Assembly: GCA_000934665.2 (NCBI GenBank)
Contig: KZ538894.1
Coordinates: forward strand, 1 to 62,308
Direction: 5' to 3'
Length of the DNA stretch: 62,308 nt
Origin: Catajapyx aquilonaris
Taxonomy: Eukaryota
The translations under genes and the position numbers were made by a program. The first letter of the stretch is position 1. Each line of letters begins with the position of its first letter. The notes beneath the pieces were generated by a model. That model saw only the letters and a program-made list of their open reading frames with translations, did not search any database and was not told the DNA's origin. Shown piece by piece: positions 1 to 12,180 of this stretch.

Positions 1-1646
1 ACCCTATTTATGTGCAATTAATTTATATATCGTCATTTCCATATTCTCAACTGGGAAATATCAGGGTGAGCGAATTATTTTGGGTTTGGGCAAGTACTTA
101 TCTATATATTGCACGTGCCAGCGATATTCTCGTCATATCGAAATTAATATTGCCGCATCGATATTCAATATGAAAATCAAAACATCGCACATATCGGAGA
201 ATAGAACATGAAATACACGGTTGTAAATTCGTGTATTGTTGACTCCAGCAACCAGTGGTGCCAACATGTTGCTCCGCTTTCAACATTCCCAACTAATGAT
301 TCCTGATCCGATGACTAGGCCAGTGTGCCACCCGGTATATGACATTGGTTCCAGCTACACATTGAGGCTACTAAGTAATGTATAATATGGAGCATGCGCA
401 TGTTTCAGGCCAGAGAATGCATAAAACAGAAAGGAGCGTTCCGTTAAGTTTTTGGTCCGGAATAAGATGGTTTCCCCCCTTTTCCACCCCTCCTTTTTGG
501 CCATAGTCATCTTTGATATTGTGCCATTTCTCTTCATTTCCCTGAGGGAGCCTCCAGACTATGAGGACCAGATTGGAGGTGGAGGAGCTGACTTTGGCCT
601 CTGCCATCTTCAGAGTGCTTCACTCCCATCCCACCCACCCACCCAACCCACCCTCCTTCTGGCATATAAATAAATGACAAGACAAATAGTCGTGGAGCTG
701 CACTGCGCTCAAGCCCCGGCCGCCATGCCGATAAAACCCGGGACAGAGAAACCCACCAGAGGAATTCCCCAGCCGCTTAATATAAATAAAATAAGTCACG
801 CTGTCGGAGAACTCCCTTTTAAAAAATTGGTTCCACTTTTAGAACTAACATTTCGAGAGGGGGGAATTAGGAGCAGTGTTTCGCGACGCCAGTCTAGGAG
901 GAGGATGGAAAGCCTGCACTCCAGGACACATGGTCTGGCCACCCTGATTCCAGGGTGGCCAGCCCTGCACTGCATCTGGCAACCCTATACGTGGTTACTG
1001 CAGGTTGGCTACACTGATTCGAGCACCAGCAGCATTGCGCTGCAACCTCGGGGAAGGCCACCCTGACCCCAATTTGGCGCAGCTAGTTTCGCTCAACAAT
1101 ACAATCGAGTGTTTGAGGAAAAAAAGGCAGGGGGTGGGTGGAGTCCACAGTCAGGCAAACATGATTTGAATTTTGACTTTTACGCGTATACTGCGGGTGT
1201 ATACACGTATACGTATATCCGAGGCCTCCCCAAAATGCGCAGTGTTTGCGCCTCTTTCCAACCGGGTTAAATTGCTGACATACACACCGTTTTATTTGCA
1301 ACGGTGCAACATAATGTTGCCAGCTCAACATTGCTGCAATACTCACACTAGTCACACACACACACACTGCGGATTCCAACCCAGCACAAACACTACGTAC
1401 GGGGATTTGCAATGGCCGCATTCGTATATCTGCGCCTTCCGCGCAGGCAACCCGTTGTTCAAAAGAGGCACAATGGTCATCTACACGCCAGGATAACACG
1501 AAGGTCACACTTCCACGAAACAGTGTTCCAGTCAATAATATTGTCGCTAGTAGTAAGCTGGCTATTTTAAGCAGCTACTTTTAATGTTCTTAGCGAGATA
1601 TTAGTTATTGGCAACACTTGTAGCTGTTACCTATATTAGTTCAAGT

Positions 1647-2378
1647 AGTTACTGTCTAACAGTTGCTTATAGCAGTTTCCTAATATTAGCTAGTTTAACT
1701 AGTTACTGTCTAACAGTTGCTTATAGCAGTTTCCTAATATTAGCTAGTTTAACTAGTTACTGTCTAACAGTTGCTTATAGCAGTTTCCTAATATTAGCAA
1801 GTTTAAGTAGTTACTGTCTGACAGTTGCTTATAGCACTTTCCTAATATTAGCAAGTTTAATCAGTTACTTTTAACAGTTGCTTATAGAGGTTATCATAAT
1901 ATGAAATCACTTGGGAGATGAAGTGGCGCTGCGGTAACGCACGCGCCCACGGATATTAAGGTCCCGGGTTCGATCCCCACCCGGGGTTCCCACCTTTATC
2001 CGCGCAGAGTTGGGCCATCTCTGGTTTCGTTTCGGGTGGGAATTTCCGGTAGACTAAGCCACCCTGGGGAGCTCACAAAATGACGATTAGAGACATTACA
2101 CTTGCCTTTGCACATCCCCTCCTACCTACCCTTGGAACAAACTAAATACTATCTTAGTATACCGGTTCCACCCAGATGGTGGTATTCCACCCCCCTAAAG
2201 GAGATGTAACTCCCAATGGGGTAATGCAAAAAAAAATCACTTTAATCAGTTACCTTTAACCGTTGCTTGTAGAGGTTATCATAATATGAAATCACTTTAA
2301 TCAGTTACTTTTAACAGTTGCTTGTAGAGGTTATCATAATATGAAATCACTTTAGTTACTTTTAACAGTTGCTTATCC
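1647..2378. repeat. 54/55-bp tandem minisatellite interrupted by a SINE
   Basis: Unit gttactgtctaacagttgcttatagcagtttcctaatattagctagtttaacta about 4.5x (gives the 18-aa periodic ORF at 1608-1874), then a related 55-bp unit on both sides of the SINE at 1913-2236. Confidence 0.9.
1913..2236 (+). mobile_element. tRNA-derived SINE, family 1, copy 1
   Basis: A-box-like TGGCGCTGCGG, B-box GGTTCGATCCC, short A tail, TSD aaatcactt (1904-1912 / 2234-2242); three more homologous copies in the window. Confidence 0.9.
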
Positions 2379-3523
2379 CGATGTTAGCTCATCTAAGCAG
2401 TGAATTTCTAACAGTAGCTTATAGTTGCTATCAAAATATTCGCTCGTTTTGGCCGTTACTTTTTAATAGTTGATTATAGCTGTTATCCCTATGTTAGCGT
2501 ACTTGAAGTTGTTCTTTCTAACAGTTGCTTACACACACACACAACGGTTATTACAATATTAGAGCTCATTTCCAGCTGTTCTTTCCAGCAGTTGCTGCGA
2601 GAGATGTTATTAAAAATAATATTAGAGCTCGGTACAGGACAATATTCGTGACAGTGAGTGACATGCGGGCAGGGGGGTTAAAAAGGTCGTAAACAAGCCG
2701 TTTCACTTTAGTTTCAGTACTTATGAACAAGCTTTGCGAGTATATTCTATACTAGTAAATGAGGTTGCATTATTATCGCAATCTGAATTGTAATACACGC
2801 ATTATCTCACTACAGTCGGGGACATTTTTACCCCTGGGGGCAGTGCCATTATCTGTTAGTAGAGACCAACAAAAGTACCACTAGTTTTAAATGGGGAGGG
2901 GGGGAAAGAGACAGGATATATTCGAAGTGCGCCAAGCATGAAGTATTTACAAAACAGATGCCGCACACCCCCCCTAATAAGGACAAAATACTGGCAGTTA
3001 TTTTGCGGGTAGCTGCAAAAACAGTATAACAACAAACACATAAAGGGGAGGGTTAAGCCACGCAATAAAACCGGAGATAAAATTACGGGGTGGGGAGAGG
3101 GGGTCGGAGGGGAGGGAGAGGAAAAAAAAGTGCACAAGTGCAGCGTAATGCTGTATGACAGGCTGGTGCTTCCATGTTCATCTCATTCATTACCTGTCAT
3201 TCCCAGAGCATAACCCTCAAGGCCTCGGCTCTATATTCGGGGAGGTGGGGGGCACTTTAGTATCAGGTCATACTACAGGGTGTCACATAATCAAGCTCTG
3301 CTCTTTGGCACCGGAGTCACATTAAACTGTAAGTAGAGGAAGCAGTCTCGGAGGCAATGGAAGTGTCGTAGGATGTGTCCGCGACTCACATAAATCGCGA
3401 CTTACTTATCTGAGCGCTACTGTTAATTAGCAACTAACGTAGTCGTGCCATGTACAAGTAGATGCTACGAATCGCGCTTCATGTAACTGCTACTGTTAAA
3501 TCACCACTCACATCTGATATATA

Positions 3524-3731
3524 CAGGGTGGTCCAACATCAAGTGTCGTTTTATAACGGCTATTAATAGAAGCGCTTTACGATTGACGTAGCAGCGACGT
3601 GTAAAATTGCCCACTTCGATGGCGCCGAAGATGCGCCGAAGTGGGACATTTTACGCGTCGCTGCTACGTCATAGCAAAATCACTGCTATTAATCGCCGTT
3701 ATAAAACGACACTTGATGTTGGACCACCCTG
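3524..3731. mobile_element. Tc1/mariner-type palindromic MITE, family A, copy 1
   Basis: CAGGGTGGTCC...GGACCACCCTG termini, TA on both sides, almost wholly palindromic; second copy at 36074-36280. Confidence 0.9.
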
Positions 3732-3744
3732 TATGTATTATATA

Positions 3745-4530
3745 CTGTAGTTAACAGCGACTAATGTGTCCGCTACTGTACCCTAAGCATTTAACTGCTC
3801 TAAATCGCGCCTTATGAAGCTGCTACTGTAAACCTTCCAGTGTCAAAAGCTACTCATGTAGCTGCTGTTATTTGCCACTCATAACTGCTACTGTAAGTCG
3901 CGCCATATAGCTGCTATTAATCGCTTCTCAGGGCACTGCCGCTGTTAGTAGCCAATCAGAGCTGTTACTGTTCACAGCGTTAATGTGGCTGGTCAAATAG
4001 CGTCTATTAAAACTGCTGCTGTTAATCGCCACTCGCAATTGTTACTGTTAACAGCGATCAATATAGCTGGTATAAATCACGACTCGTGACACTGCTACTG
4101 TTAATAGACACTCATACCTGTTGATGTTAACAGAGATTAATGTAGCTGGTAAAATACCGTCTAATAAAACCGCTGCTGTTAATCGCCACTAGAAACTGTT
4201 ACTGTTAACAGCGATTAATATAGTTGGTGTAAATGGCCCATAAAACTGGCATTATTAATCATCACTTATCGTTGCTATTTTAAGCATCCACGAATGTAGC
4301 AGCTGCTGTAAGTTGCGCCATTTAGCTGTTATAAATCGCCCAGAAAACGGCTACTGTTAATCACCACTTACAGCTGCTATTTTAAGCAACGACTAAATTA
4401 GCAGTTGCTGCAAGTTGCGCTATTTAACTGTTATAAATCGCTCCTCGTGAAATTGTCACTGTAAATCACCATTTCTGTAGCTGTTACTTATAATCGCGAC
4501 TCATGTAACTGTTCCTGTATACATCGTGAC
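3745..4530. repeat. Degenerate ~27-28-bp AT-rich minisatellite (gctgctactgttaa core)
   Basis: Recurrent gtagctg / ctgctactgttaa / aatcgcc motifs. Confidence 0.7.
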
Positions 4531-5249
4531 TGAATATAAGAGAATTGAGCAGACAGTTAGACTAACTTGTACGAGCGACTTAACCGTCCGTCGGTTTACA
4601 TGCTCCTTTCCAACTGGTGTACAGTATCCTGGAAGCCGAAGTGTTTGAATCCGGCAATGGCCGGAGGCTGGCAACAACAAAGTGTAATCTACGTCAGGAG
4701 TGCTTGTAATTAGGGCACCGGTAGCCAGGCCGATTAGAGCCTAGATCTGTCTGAGTTGAACCAACACTTTCTTGCTTTTTGTGTGTGTGAATGCTGCTAA
4801 GGGTATAGGTTGGGAGTCCTGAAGGCAAAACCCCGGTCCGTTTGGCTAATTTGGGCAGACAAGTCCCCGGAGCCTCATAGTCCCCTAACTGTCCGAGTGT
4901 GTACATCTGAGGGGACAACCCAGCCCAAACCCACTGCCTGACTTGCCTATTCTGGAGGCCCTCTAAAAGCGGCTTAGCCCTCAAGTGGAAAACCAGACTT
5001 CAAAGAGGGCCGGGTCCTACAACCTCACTTTTCTGCTCCACCCCCACGAGGAAAAGAAGATGGGGAAATATTCCACCACGAGTGAATCCAAAATTCTATT
5101 TGCATATGGAGGTGAATCGGATTACTCCATAGTCGATAACCCTCACTAGTCTTTAGGGATAAGATGGGGCGGAGCTTGTTTGATTAGGGGGCGTGGACAC
5201 TATGCGGGACACGCTGCTACCATCTATCGCAATGCGCCACAGAATCACT

Positions 5250-5900
5250 GACAGACGCGACTGAAGCAAACGCGATCCACAGGCATCTAAACTGCTCATT
5301 ACAGACTCTATACTAATAAGTAGTATGAGTCGCGATTTATAGCAGTTTAGATGCGTCTCGATCGCGTTTTCTTAAGTCGCGTCCGAGTCGCCTAACAGCT
5401 CTGTTACTGTCAACAGCGATTAATGTAGCTGGTATAAATTGCGTCTCATGAAACTGCTCCTGTTAAGGGCGAGTAATGTAGCTGCTACTGTTAGTAGTGA
5501 CTACTGGAGCTGCTACTGTTAGTAGTGACTAATGTCGTTCCCGACCGCGTCTGCGGCAAAATTAGATGCTATCGAGACGCGTTTAAACTGCTATAAATCG
5601 CGTCTCACGACACGTCTGCTTTTAATCGCGTCTCATAATGTAGCTGGTATCAATTATAAAACTGCTACTGTTAGTAGTGACCAATGTAGCAGCTACTGTT
5701 AGTAGTGACCAATGTAGCTGGCATAAATCGCGTCTCATAAGACTGCTACTATTAATGGCGACTAATGTAGCTGCTATTGTTAGTAGTGATTAATGTCGAT
5801 CTCGACCGCTTCTCATAAGTAGACGCGATGGAGACGCGACTCGGACGCGTCTTAATTGGACACGATCCCGAGCGTGCCTCAAACATTAGACGCGAGTGAG
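5250..5900. repeat. Mixed 28-bp minisatellite and CGCGTCTC/GAGACGCG-rich repeat
   Basis: gtagctgctactgttagtagtgactaat units at about 5470-5795, interleaved with cgcgtctc motifs in both orientations; similar motifs at 9345-9375, 9545-9575 and 40305-40365. Confidence 0.7.
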
Positions 5901-5928
5901 ACAATCTATAGAAGGAGTCTGTGCCTAC

Positions 5929-6010
5929 GTTTGTCCAGGGTGAGTCGTCACGACCCTGAGAGTGGGATGAGTGTGCAGATGCGCCATCTATGCGAGGGGC
6001 ATAGTACTAC
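5929..6010 (-). mobile_element. Dispersed CTCF/AP-1-motif repeat family copy
   Basis: Reverse complement gtagtactatgcccctcgcatagatggcgcatctgcacactcatcccactctcagggtcgtgacgactcaccctggacaaac aligns to about 14 other copies. Confidence 0.75.
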
Positions 6011-6654
6011 ATCACATCAGAGGGCACGACCTATTTCATAATGGCTTTTCCTACATATCTCAGTGGAAGAATTCAGTTTCCAACAGTACTAACAGAATAA
6101 TTACTCTTGTATGTTTTTGGGCAATGAAATGACCAATTTGTATTCTCATGGAAAATTCATGGAATAAGCGACAGAGAAAAAAGTTTCAACAATTTGATTA
6201 ATACGAGTTAGGCACACATTTTTTTTTCTGAGGGAGGGTTTATTCAAACGGGGATTCCCGAGGAGAAAATTGCGCGCAAATTTATTTCCCCTCATTACTG
6301 AAACTAATTATGCATTAATCTCTCTGGAGGCTGGGCCAGGCCCGAAAGTGGATGATTTTTTAAAGTAATAAATTGAGGCAACTCCGGTCCGAGTGCGGTG
6401 TGCACAACTATCAAAAATTGTGTTACACTTGTTCCATCAAAGTATAGCCATGGGAGCAAGATAATTAACGCCATCGTGTTAATGTTGAATTAATATTCAA
6501 AACAATTTTTCTTAATTAAAAAATATAAATATTACAAATAAAACCTAACGGAAAATGTTTATATCAAACATACAAATTGCACATTGAGATTATTTTTGAA
6601 CATTGTATGTACAATAAATTATTGCAAAAATGGTAAATAAAATCCATGTAAAAA

Positions 6655-6865
6655 TTCATTGCATTGTAAATGAATAATTGTTAACATTCATTGCATTGCA
6701 AATGAATAATTGTTAACATTCATTGCATTGTAAATGAATAATTGTTAACATTCATTGCATTGTAAACGAATAATTGTTAACATTCATTGCATTGTAAATG
6801 AATAATTGTTAACATTCATTGCATTGTAAACGAATAATTGTTAACATTCATTGCATTGTCAATGA
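6655..6865. repeat. 32-bp tandem repeat, about 6.5 copies
   Basis: Unit aataattgttaacattcattgcattgtaaatg, near-identical copies. Confidence 0.95.
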
Positions 6866-7299
6866 AATAAGTGTAAAAATTGGAAAGTAAAACTATAACG
6901 TCAACACTGCAAATATATTACAACTATTTTCCCCTATTGTTGAATGTATGGTACAAAATGGTAAATTTAAAGCTATTAAAATTTTAAATGAAAATACTTT
7001 GGAAATATAATTTAGAGAATTTCGAAAATCTTACAGAAACCATTTTTGCATAAAATATGAAAATTTCAAAATTATTTAAAATGATTTGAATAGCTGTTGA
7101 GAAATGTAACGCTACCTAACAATATCAATTAGCAAATAATTTAAGTTGATCATAATCTGCATTAAAAACCCGGTTTACATCCCAGAGTTCCAATTGAAAA
7201 ATATACAGCCGTGCCAAATCTCCCGACACAAATTCTCGTCAACTCGAGTCTGTAAGTTTGCGTCGACGTGACAAGATCCTTCTGAGATGTCGCACTTTT

Positions 7300-7305
<6 letters not shown>

Positions 7306-7364
<59 letters not shown>

Positions 7365-7403
7365 NNNNNNNNNNNNNNNNNNNNNNNNNNNNNNNNNNNN
7401 NNN
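7306..7403. repeat. (CT)n microsatellite running into an assembly gap
   Basis: (ct)n at 7306-7364, then 39 N at 7365-7403. Confidence 0.95.
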
Positions 7404-8076
7404 GGGGAAGAAAAAAAGAAAAGAGGGGATATAAATTGGGGCCCGTTTTGACGCCTCTCGCAGCATCGTTTTGGGGAAGAATCCTTTTAACATCCTTTCA
7501 AATTCCGTCTCTCCTGGTTGCTAGCGGTGGTTGGCAGTGCAGAAACCTGTTTTATGGATCAATAAAGTGCAGGTGTATCGCGCTGTGTGACACAATCCGG
7601 CTCTTTTTGTCCAAACCAAGTGACTAACCTTAACTCTTCCGCTTTCCAGACACTGGAGACAAAATGGACCGGATGAAAAGTCCGCCATTTTTGGTCCGAG
7701 ATAACCCACCCAGCTTTTTATCGCCCCCCTCTGTAAGGCATTGGATCAAACAAAAGGTGCTGCCATCTGAACACACGTGTTAACACATTGTTCAGCGTCC
7801 TTGACACTTTGTAAGGGAAGACAGGAGGAAATTGAACAGCGACACCTCATCTTTTCTTGTGATTCTGAGCCAGGCAAGGTGTTACATCCAAAACGCGTTT
7901 CCATTTCTGGGGAAAAGCCCTCCTGGGCCGACTGTCCAATTACATCTGCCATTTCTCCAATCAGAAGTTAAGGAAGAAATATATCGGCCCGCTAAGGATC
8001 AACCCGCTTGTAATTATTTATCCCAACAAAGGAAAAAAGGGAATCGAATCAAAGGTCAAGTTCACAGAGCCTGAAT

Positions 8077-8258
8077 GAATGAGGTCCACTACTACGGACA
8101 ACCAATAGCGATAACCGAGTGCGATAGGAAGGCCGGAAAGACACTTACATTTTCTGAGCTTCTAATCGCCCTCTGGTGTAGCTTTAATGCGGCCCACTCC
8201 GGACAACCAACAGCTATTACAGCGATAAAATCATAATCCCAACCGAGCTTCTTATCTC
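8077..8258 (+). mobile_element. Degraded copy of the 59813-60007 TIR element family
   Basis: Two cccact(c/a)cggacaacc...gcgataa motifs, as in 59813-60007. Confidence 0.6.
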
Positions 8259-8270
8259 AATTTTTATTTT

Positions 8271-8456
8271 TTCTCATCGAAAAAAGCATTGTAGAACGGC
8301 GTCCGTCCGTCCGTCTGTCTGTGGACAGGTATCAAGGCCCAAACTGTAAGAGATAGCGACAAACTGTTTAGGCGGATCCTAAGTATGTTTCGTGGTCAAC
8401 TTCCGGTGACCTGGACACTTTCGATTTTCCAGGTTCACTATCCGCCAAGGTCGAGT
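8271..8456 (+). mobile_element. DINE-1/Helentron-like non-autonomous element fragment
   Basis: (GTCC/GTCT)n microsatellite core after a T-rich start; homologous to the reverse complement of 62033-62230 (agagatagcgacaaac, aacttccggtgacc, gttcacta..tccgccaag). Confidence 0.6.
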
Positions 8457-8674
8457 CTCCAGGCGGGTATCCTTGGGTCCTTTGAAAACGGGAATAATGA
8501 GACTTACAACCCCAGACAAGATTCTATGTCATTGTTGTCCAATTTGGCTTTTCTTGGCAATAAGAAAAAGTCTACTCGAATCACGCCGGCGTGATTTACC
8601 AATCTTGTTCAGTTTCTCTCGCGTGAACATTGTGCCGTCTCAGAGGGCAGCACTGTGTATCCGGGCAAGAGGAG

Positions 8675-8755
8675 GTTACAACTGGCGCCCAACGTGGGGC
8701 AATGACTGGCGCCCAACGTGGGGTAACAACTGGCGCCCAACGTGGGGCTGTAACA
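8675..8755 (+). mobile_element. LTR-retroelement remnant: three tandem tRNA-Lys(CUU) primer-binding sites
   Basis: TGGCGCCCAACGTGGGGC at 8683-8700 and 8731-8748, and 17/18 at 8707-8724. This is the reverse complement of the 3' 18 nt of tRNA-Lys1,2 including CCA. Preceded by GTTACA-AC and followed by TGTAAC. Confidence 0.85.
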
Positions 8756-9900
8756 TACCCTGTTCGTTCCAGTCCGTTCTGCTCCATTCCTTCCACTAGT
8801 TGAGTGCAAAGGATGAGAAATCGGGGAGAACGTACGCGAGACGCATTATCATTGGCAGCTAGCCGGGATTGGTCGGAGAGCGGCTGCTAAAAGGGGAGTG
8901 CTAGGGTGAAGGGGGTGAGAGAATCCGGATGCTGACGAATGACTCTCACGACAGGGTGTGCAAAAAATGGGGGGGAAAAAGAGAAGAGGGGGTGAAAAAA
9001 GCGAGGCCCTAGTCCCGATCAATCACTCGGCGCATTTCGTGCATGAAAATGCCAACCTCAACAAGTCTCCCTCCCTCAAAAGTTGCACGTCTCTCCGGAT
9101 AAATGGGTGGAAGGAGAGGGTAGGGGAGAGAAGCTCATTTCCTTGCCCTCCCACCGAGAGCCTCCCCCCAAAACCGCTTCTCCCAGAATGCACTTCTTAG
9201 ACACTTGACAACTAGTGGTTACACTTCACCCTCACTGTAATGACGCCTCTGGAGAGAAGCGGGTTGGGACACATTCCGCACTTCAAAACGCCAAGGTTGC
9301 TCTTTACGTCTCCCAAAAGTCAGAAATAATATAGGCGAAGATACAGACGCTGTAGAGACGCGGTCGAGACGCAGTTAAAACGTGGTCGGGACTTGTCCCA
9401 CATTCCTCCCTTCAAACTTTGTTGCTCTTTCATTGCTCTCTAAAAGGGCAGGACTAATATGGGTGAAGCTACAAACCCGGTACGTGACGTGACGTGACTC
9501 CGGCTGGCTGCCCGTTATAGCAGGGTTCATAAACACATTTTCGGGATCACGTCTCGATCGCGTCTCGACCGCTTTTCCGACCCTCCAGTATCCAATCAGG
9601 GAGAGATTTCTTGCCACTTTAGGCTGATGAGATGGTAGGGCACATCACAGGAGAATGTGTTGCGCTCTCCCTGAGTGGTTGGTCATCATCTCCCCAGGCT
9701 CACAGTGGGCCTTATCTGGACGGCCATGATGCCGGACAATCGCCGCTGTCCAGCTCTGTCCGTCCGGGCCACTATCGGGCCCTTTAATGGATGCCATCTA
9801 CCCATCGCTTCATTCTCACCCTCTCTCCACATCAACACTCTAGGATAACCGCTCTGGATTGTCTCTCAATCTAATCATGTATATAGAATTGGCTCTGACT

Positions 9901-9948
9901 CTGTCCGCGATGTGCGTCATCTAGGTGAGAGATATGGTACTACGTCCA
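9901..9948 (-). mobile_element. Dispersed CTCF/AP-1-motif repeat family copy (internally deleted)
   Basis: Reverse complement ggacgtagtaccatatctctcacctagatgacgcacatcgcggacag. Confidence 0.7.
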
Positions 9949-11018
9949 AAGGGCCTGGGGTAGTGGTGCCAACATGTCGGGGTAATGTATAAGTTTCTTC
10001 TCCAAGTAATTAACCGCTGACGGTTGCATAACCATAAGTTGTGGTGCGCTAAACGGCTATTTTCAGGCCCTCTTCTGATTGGTCAATTTCCCCGTGGGGG
10101 CCCCCCTGTTTTTTTTATGTGAGGCCCACTTGGTTGGGCAATCTAATCAGGTCCAGATCGATCTACTCAGAGAGTGTATATATGTAGGGAGGTCTATCCA
10201 ACGAGGCGAGAGAGATTTTCGGCGGAGCATATTGGCAGGCTTTAGGAAGAAAACGTGTCGGCCATCTTTGGTATGGGCAGCAGCGGTACAACCCGGTACG
10301 CTTGTCATGCCCCGTACCACGCTCAAGAGGGATCAAGGGAGGGGTCCGGCTGCCTTAAAAAAAAGAAAGAAAAAGCAGGAAAAAAAAGAAGGGAGAGAGA
10401 CTTTGGCCCACCTGGTCGCGACCTGAATCCGCAAGTAAGCTACGGCTACGATTCAATAATCGCGTCTACGAAGCATCGCCGCCAGGCCGCCAGGTGAAGG
10501 GAGAACATCAAAGAAAAGACCTGGAACACATCCTGTACTGACATAAACAAATGGTAGGCTACAATCTTAGGAAAATTGGCAACACCTTTGCTTTATTTGA
10601 AACTGTGGTCGCGTGACATGGGCGCCGCCATTTTTGGTCCAGACATGATGTCGATGCAATAATTTTTGACGGTTTGTACAAGTTACTGTACAGTGTACAA
10701 CCTGCTTCATAAAGCGTATTAAGAACCGCAAACTGGTGCGGGTAATGAGCTGCATTTTTTGTTTCATTTTTTTGGGGGGCCTGACCACGAGTCTTTGAGG
10801 CTCGAAAACCTGTGCTTTGAAACAAAGTGTGCCAACAACATATTTTCCATGCCATATTTTTCCATCACTAAGCTGATCATGACCTGAAGTGTTTTGCTGA
10901 CATGTCGGTGCACCTCACTTGATACGGAGCGGTTGTTATTAACGGCAGTTTTACATGAAGCGATGCACAGGTGAGGCTGAAGTTTCAGTCACTCTAAAGC
11001 CGCTCTTGGCAACCTCGA

Positions 11019-11020
<2 letters not shown>

Positions 11021-11092
<72 letters not shown>
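11021..11092. repeat. (AAT)24 microsatellite
   Basis: Perfect trinucleotide run. Confidence 0.98.
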
Positions 11093-12064
11093 CTGCACGA
11101 ATTTGGAAGAATAATGATCGCTTCACAACCCATTGCTATCGTAGATGCACGTGGCCTCTTGAGAATTTCGAAAGAAACTTCCGGACTCTCAGTAGTCGGA
11201 AAGTGGGTTAGGTAGCCCGAACAAACACACATTTGTACAATCTTTCCAGTTTATAAATATAGAGATAATCCGCTGTGTTTGAGGCGACGTCGCTAATATA
11301 TTGTGCGAGCGACTTTAAGCCTCCTTTAACGACTTTTTTTTATTAAAAAATCTGAATATTTCGAGCCTTGTTATTCCTGATTTAACAAGCTGTTTAACTA
11401 CCTCAGGGCCAGACTTACTCTGCTCAAAAAAAAACATGGCCCAATTTTTCTTCTTTTGCAAAAAAAAAGGGGGGGGGGGGTAGGGGTTATTTCCACTCAT
11501 CAAATTAGAAGATACCCCCCTTTGCACCTCCTCTTTTTAATTTTCACTCCCTCCTTTCTCCCTCCTGCTCCTTCCCCCTCATAAATTTCTGGAGCAATAA
11601 CAAAAATACGCTTGGAAGAGAGGAATGAAGGAGCACTTTGGAACGCAATAAAAACCTAAGGGAAGTAGGGCTGGAGGTTTTATTAATCCCCCTTCTTCCC
11701 TTCTACTTTGTCTTTGGCCCATACAGGTCCTTGTCTTTCCCTACTCTTAATGGAAGGGGGGATCGTTTTACTACCTGTTTCTATATGCAGGAACCAAAGT
11801 TTATAACCAAGGACTGTTAGAACCTGTTTGAATACATCCAGTTTGTCCAGCTGAGCCCGACATGCGGAATGGGTCAGGTTGGGGACATTGTGGCGATTTA
11901 GGGCAGCAGCGAGCGATTTATTGCTAGAAGCGACTGTCGCTCGAGTTAAAATTTAAGTACTTTTAAATTCCACTTAATATCAGTTTTACTCTCTCTTTTG
12001 ATTTTAAATTTATTTGTAATTATTTCATACCTGGAATGAGTATTAGTGTTTAAGATCAAATAGT

Positions 12065-12180
12065 AATTAGATTGGGTGGAATTTTCCACTGCTAGTTACT
12101 ACAAACTTAGCAGTGCCATGGCCAGTAGGCTACTGCTAAGTAACTATAGCAGCGTAACGAAAATTCCACCAATTCTAATT
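12065..12180. repeat. Imperfect inverted repeat (old MITE-like hairpin)
   Basis: aattagattgggtggaatttt / aaaattccaccaattctaatt outer arms; acttagcagt / actgctaagt inner arms. Confidence 0.6.

Noticed and set aside
371..607. 78-aa ATG-initiated minus-strand ORF
   Set aside because: No recognisable motif; length expected by chance
1608..1874. 88-aa ORF with an 18-aa periodic sequence
   Set aside because: Translation of the 54-bp minisatellite; non-ATG start; no coding evidence
1913..1990. tRNA genes at SINE heads (also 23630-23706, 31126-31203, 53715-53797)
   Set aside because: No complete cloverleaf; each continues into a shared SINE body flanked by TSDs
4694..4984. 96-aa minus-strand ORF in unique sequence
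   Set aside because: TTG start, no recognisable domain or convincing splice signals; cannot be excluded without a homology search
8683..8748. CRISPR-like repeat-spacer appearance
   Set aside because: Spacers are only 6 bp, the repeat is a tRNA PBS, the context is eukaryotic and there are no cas genes
10951..11232. Poly-Asn/poly-Leu ORFs (similar cases at 46811-47152 and 60316-60727)
   Set aside because: Trinucleotide microsatellite read-through
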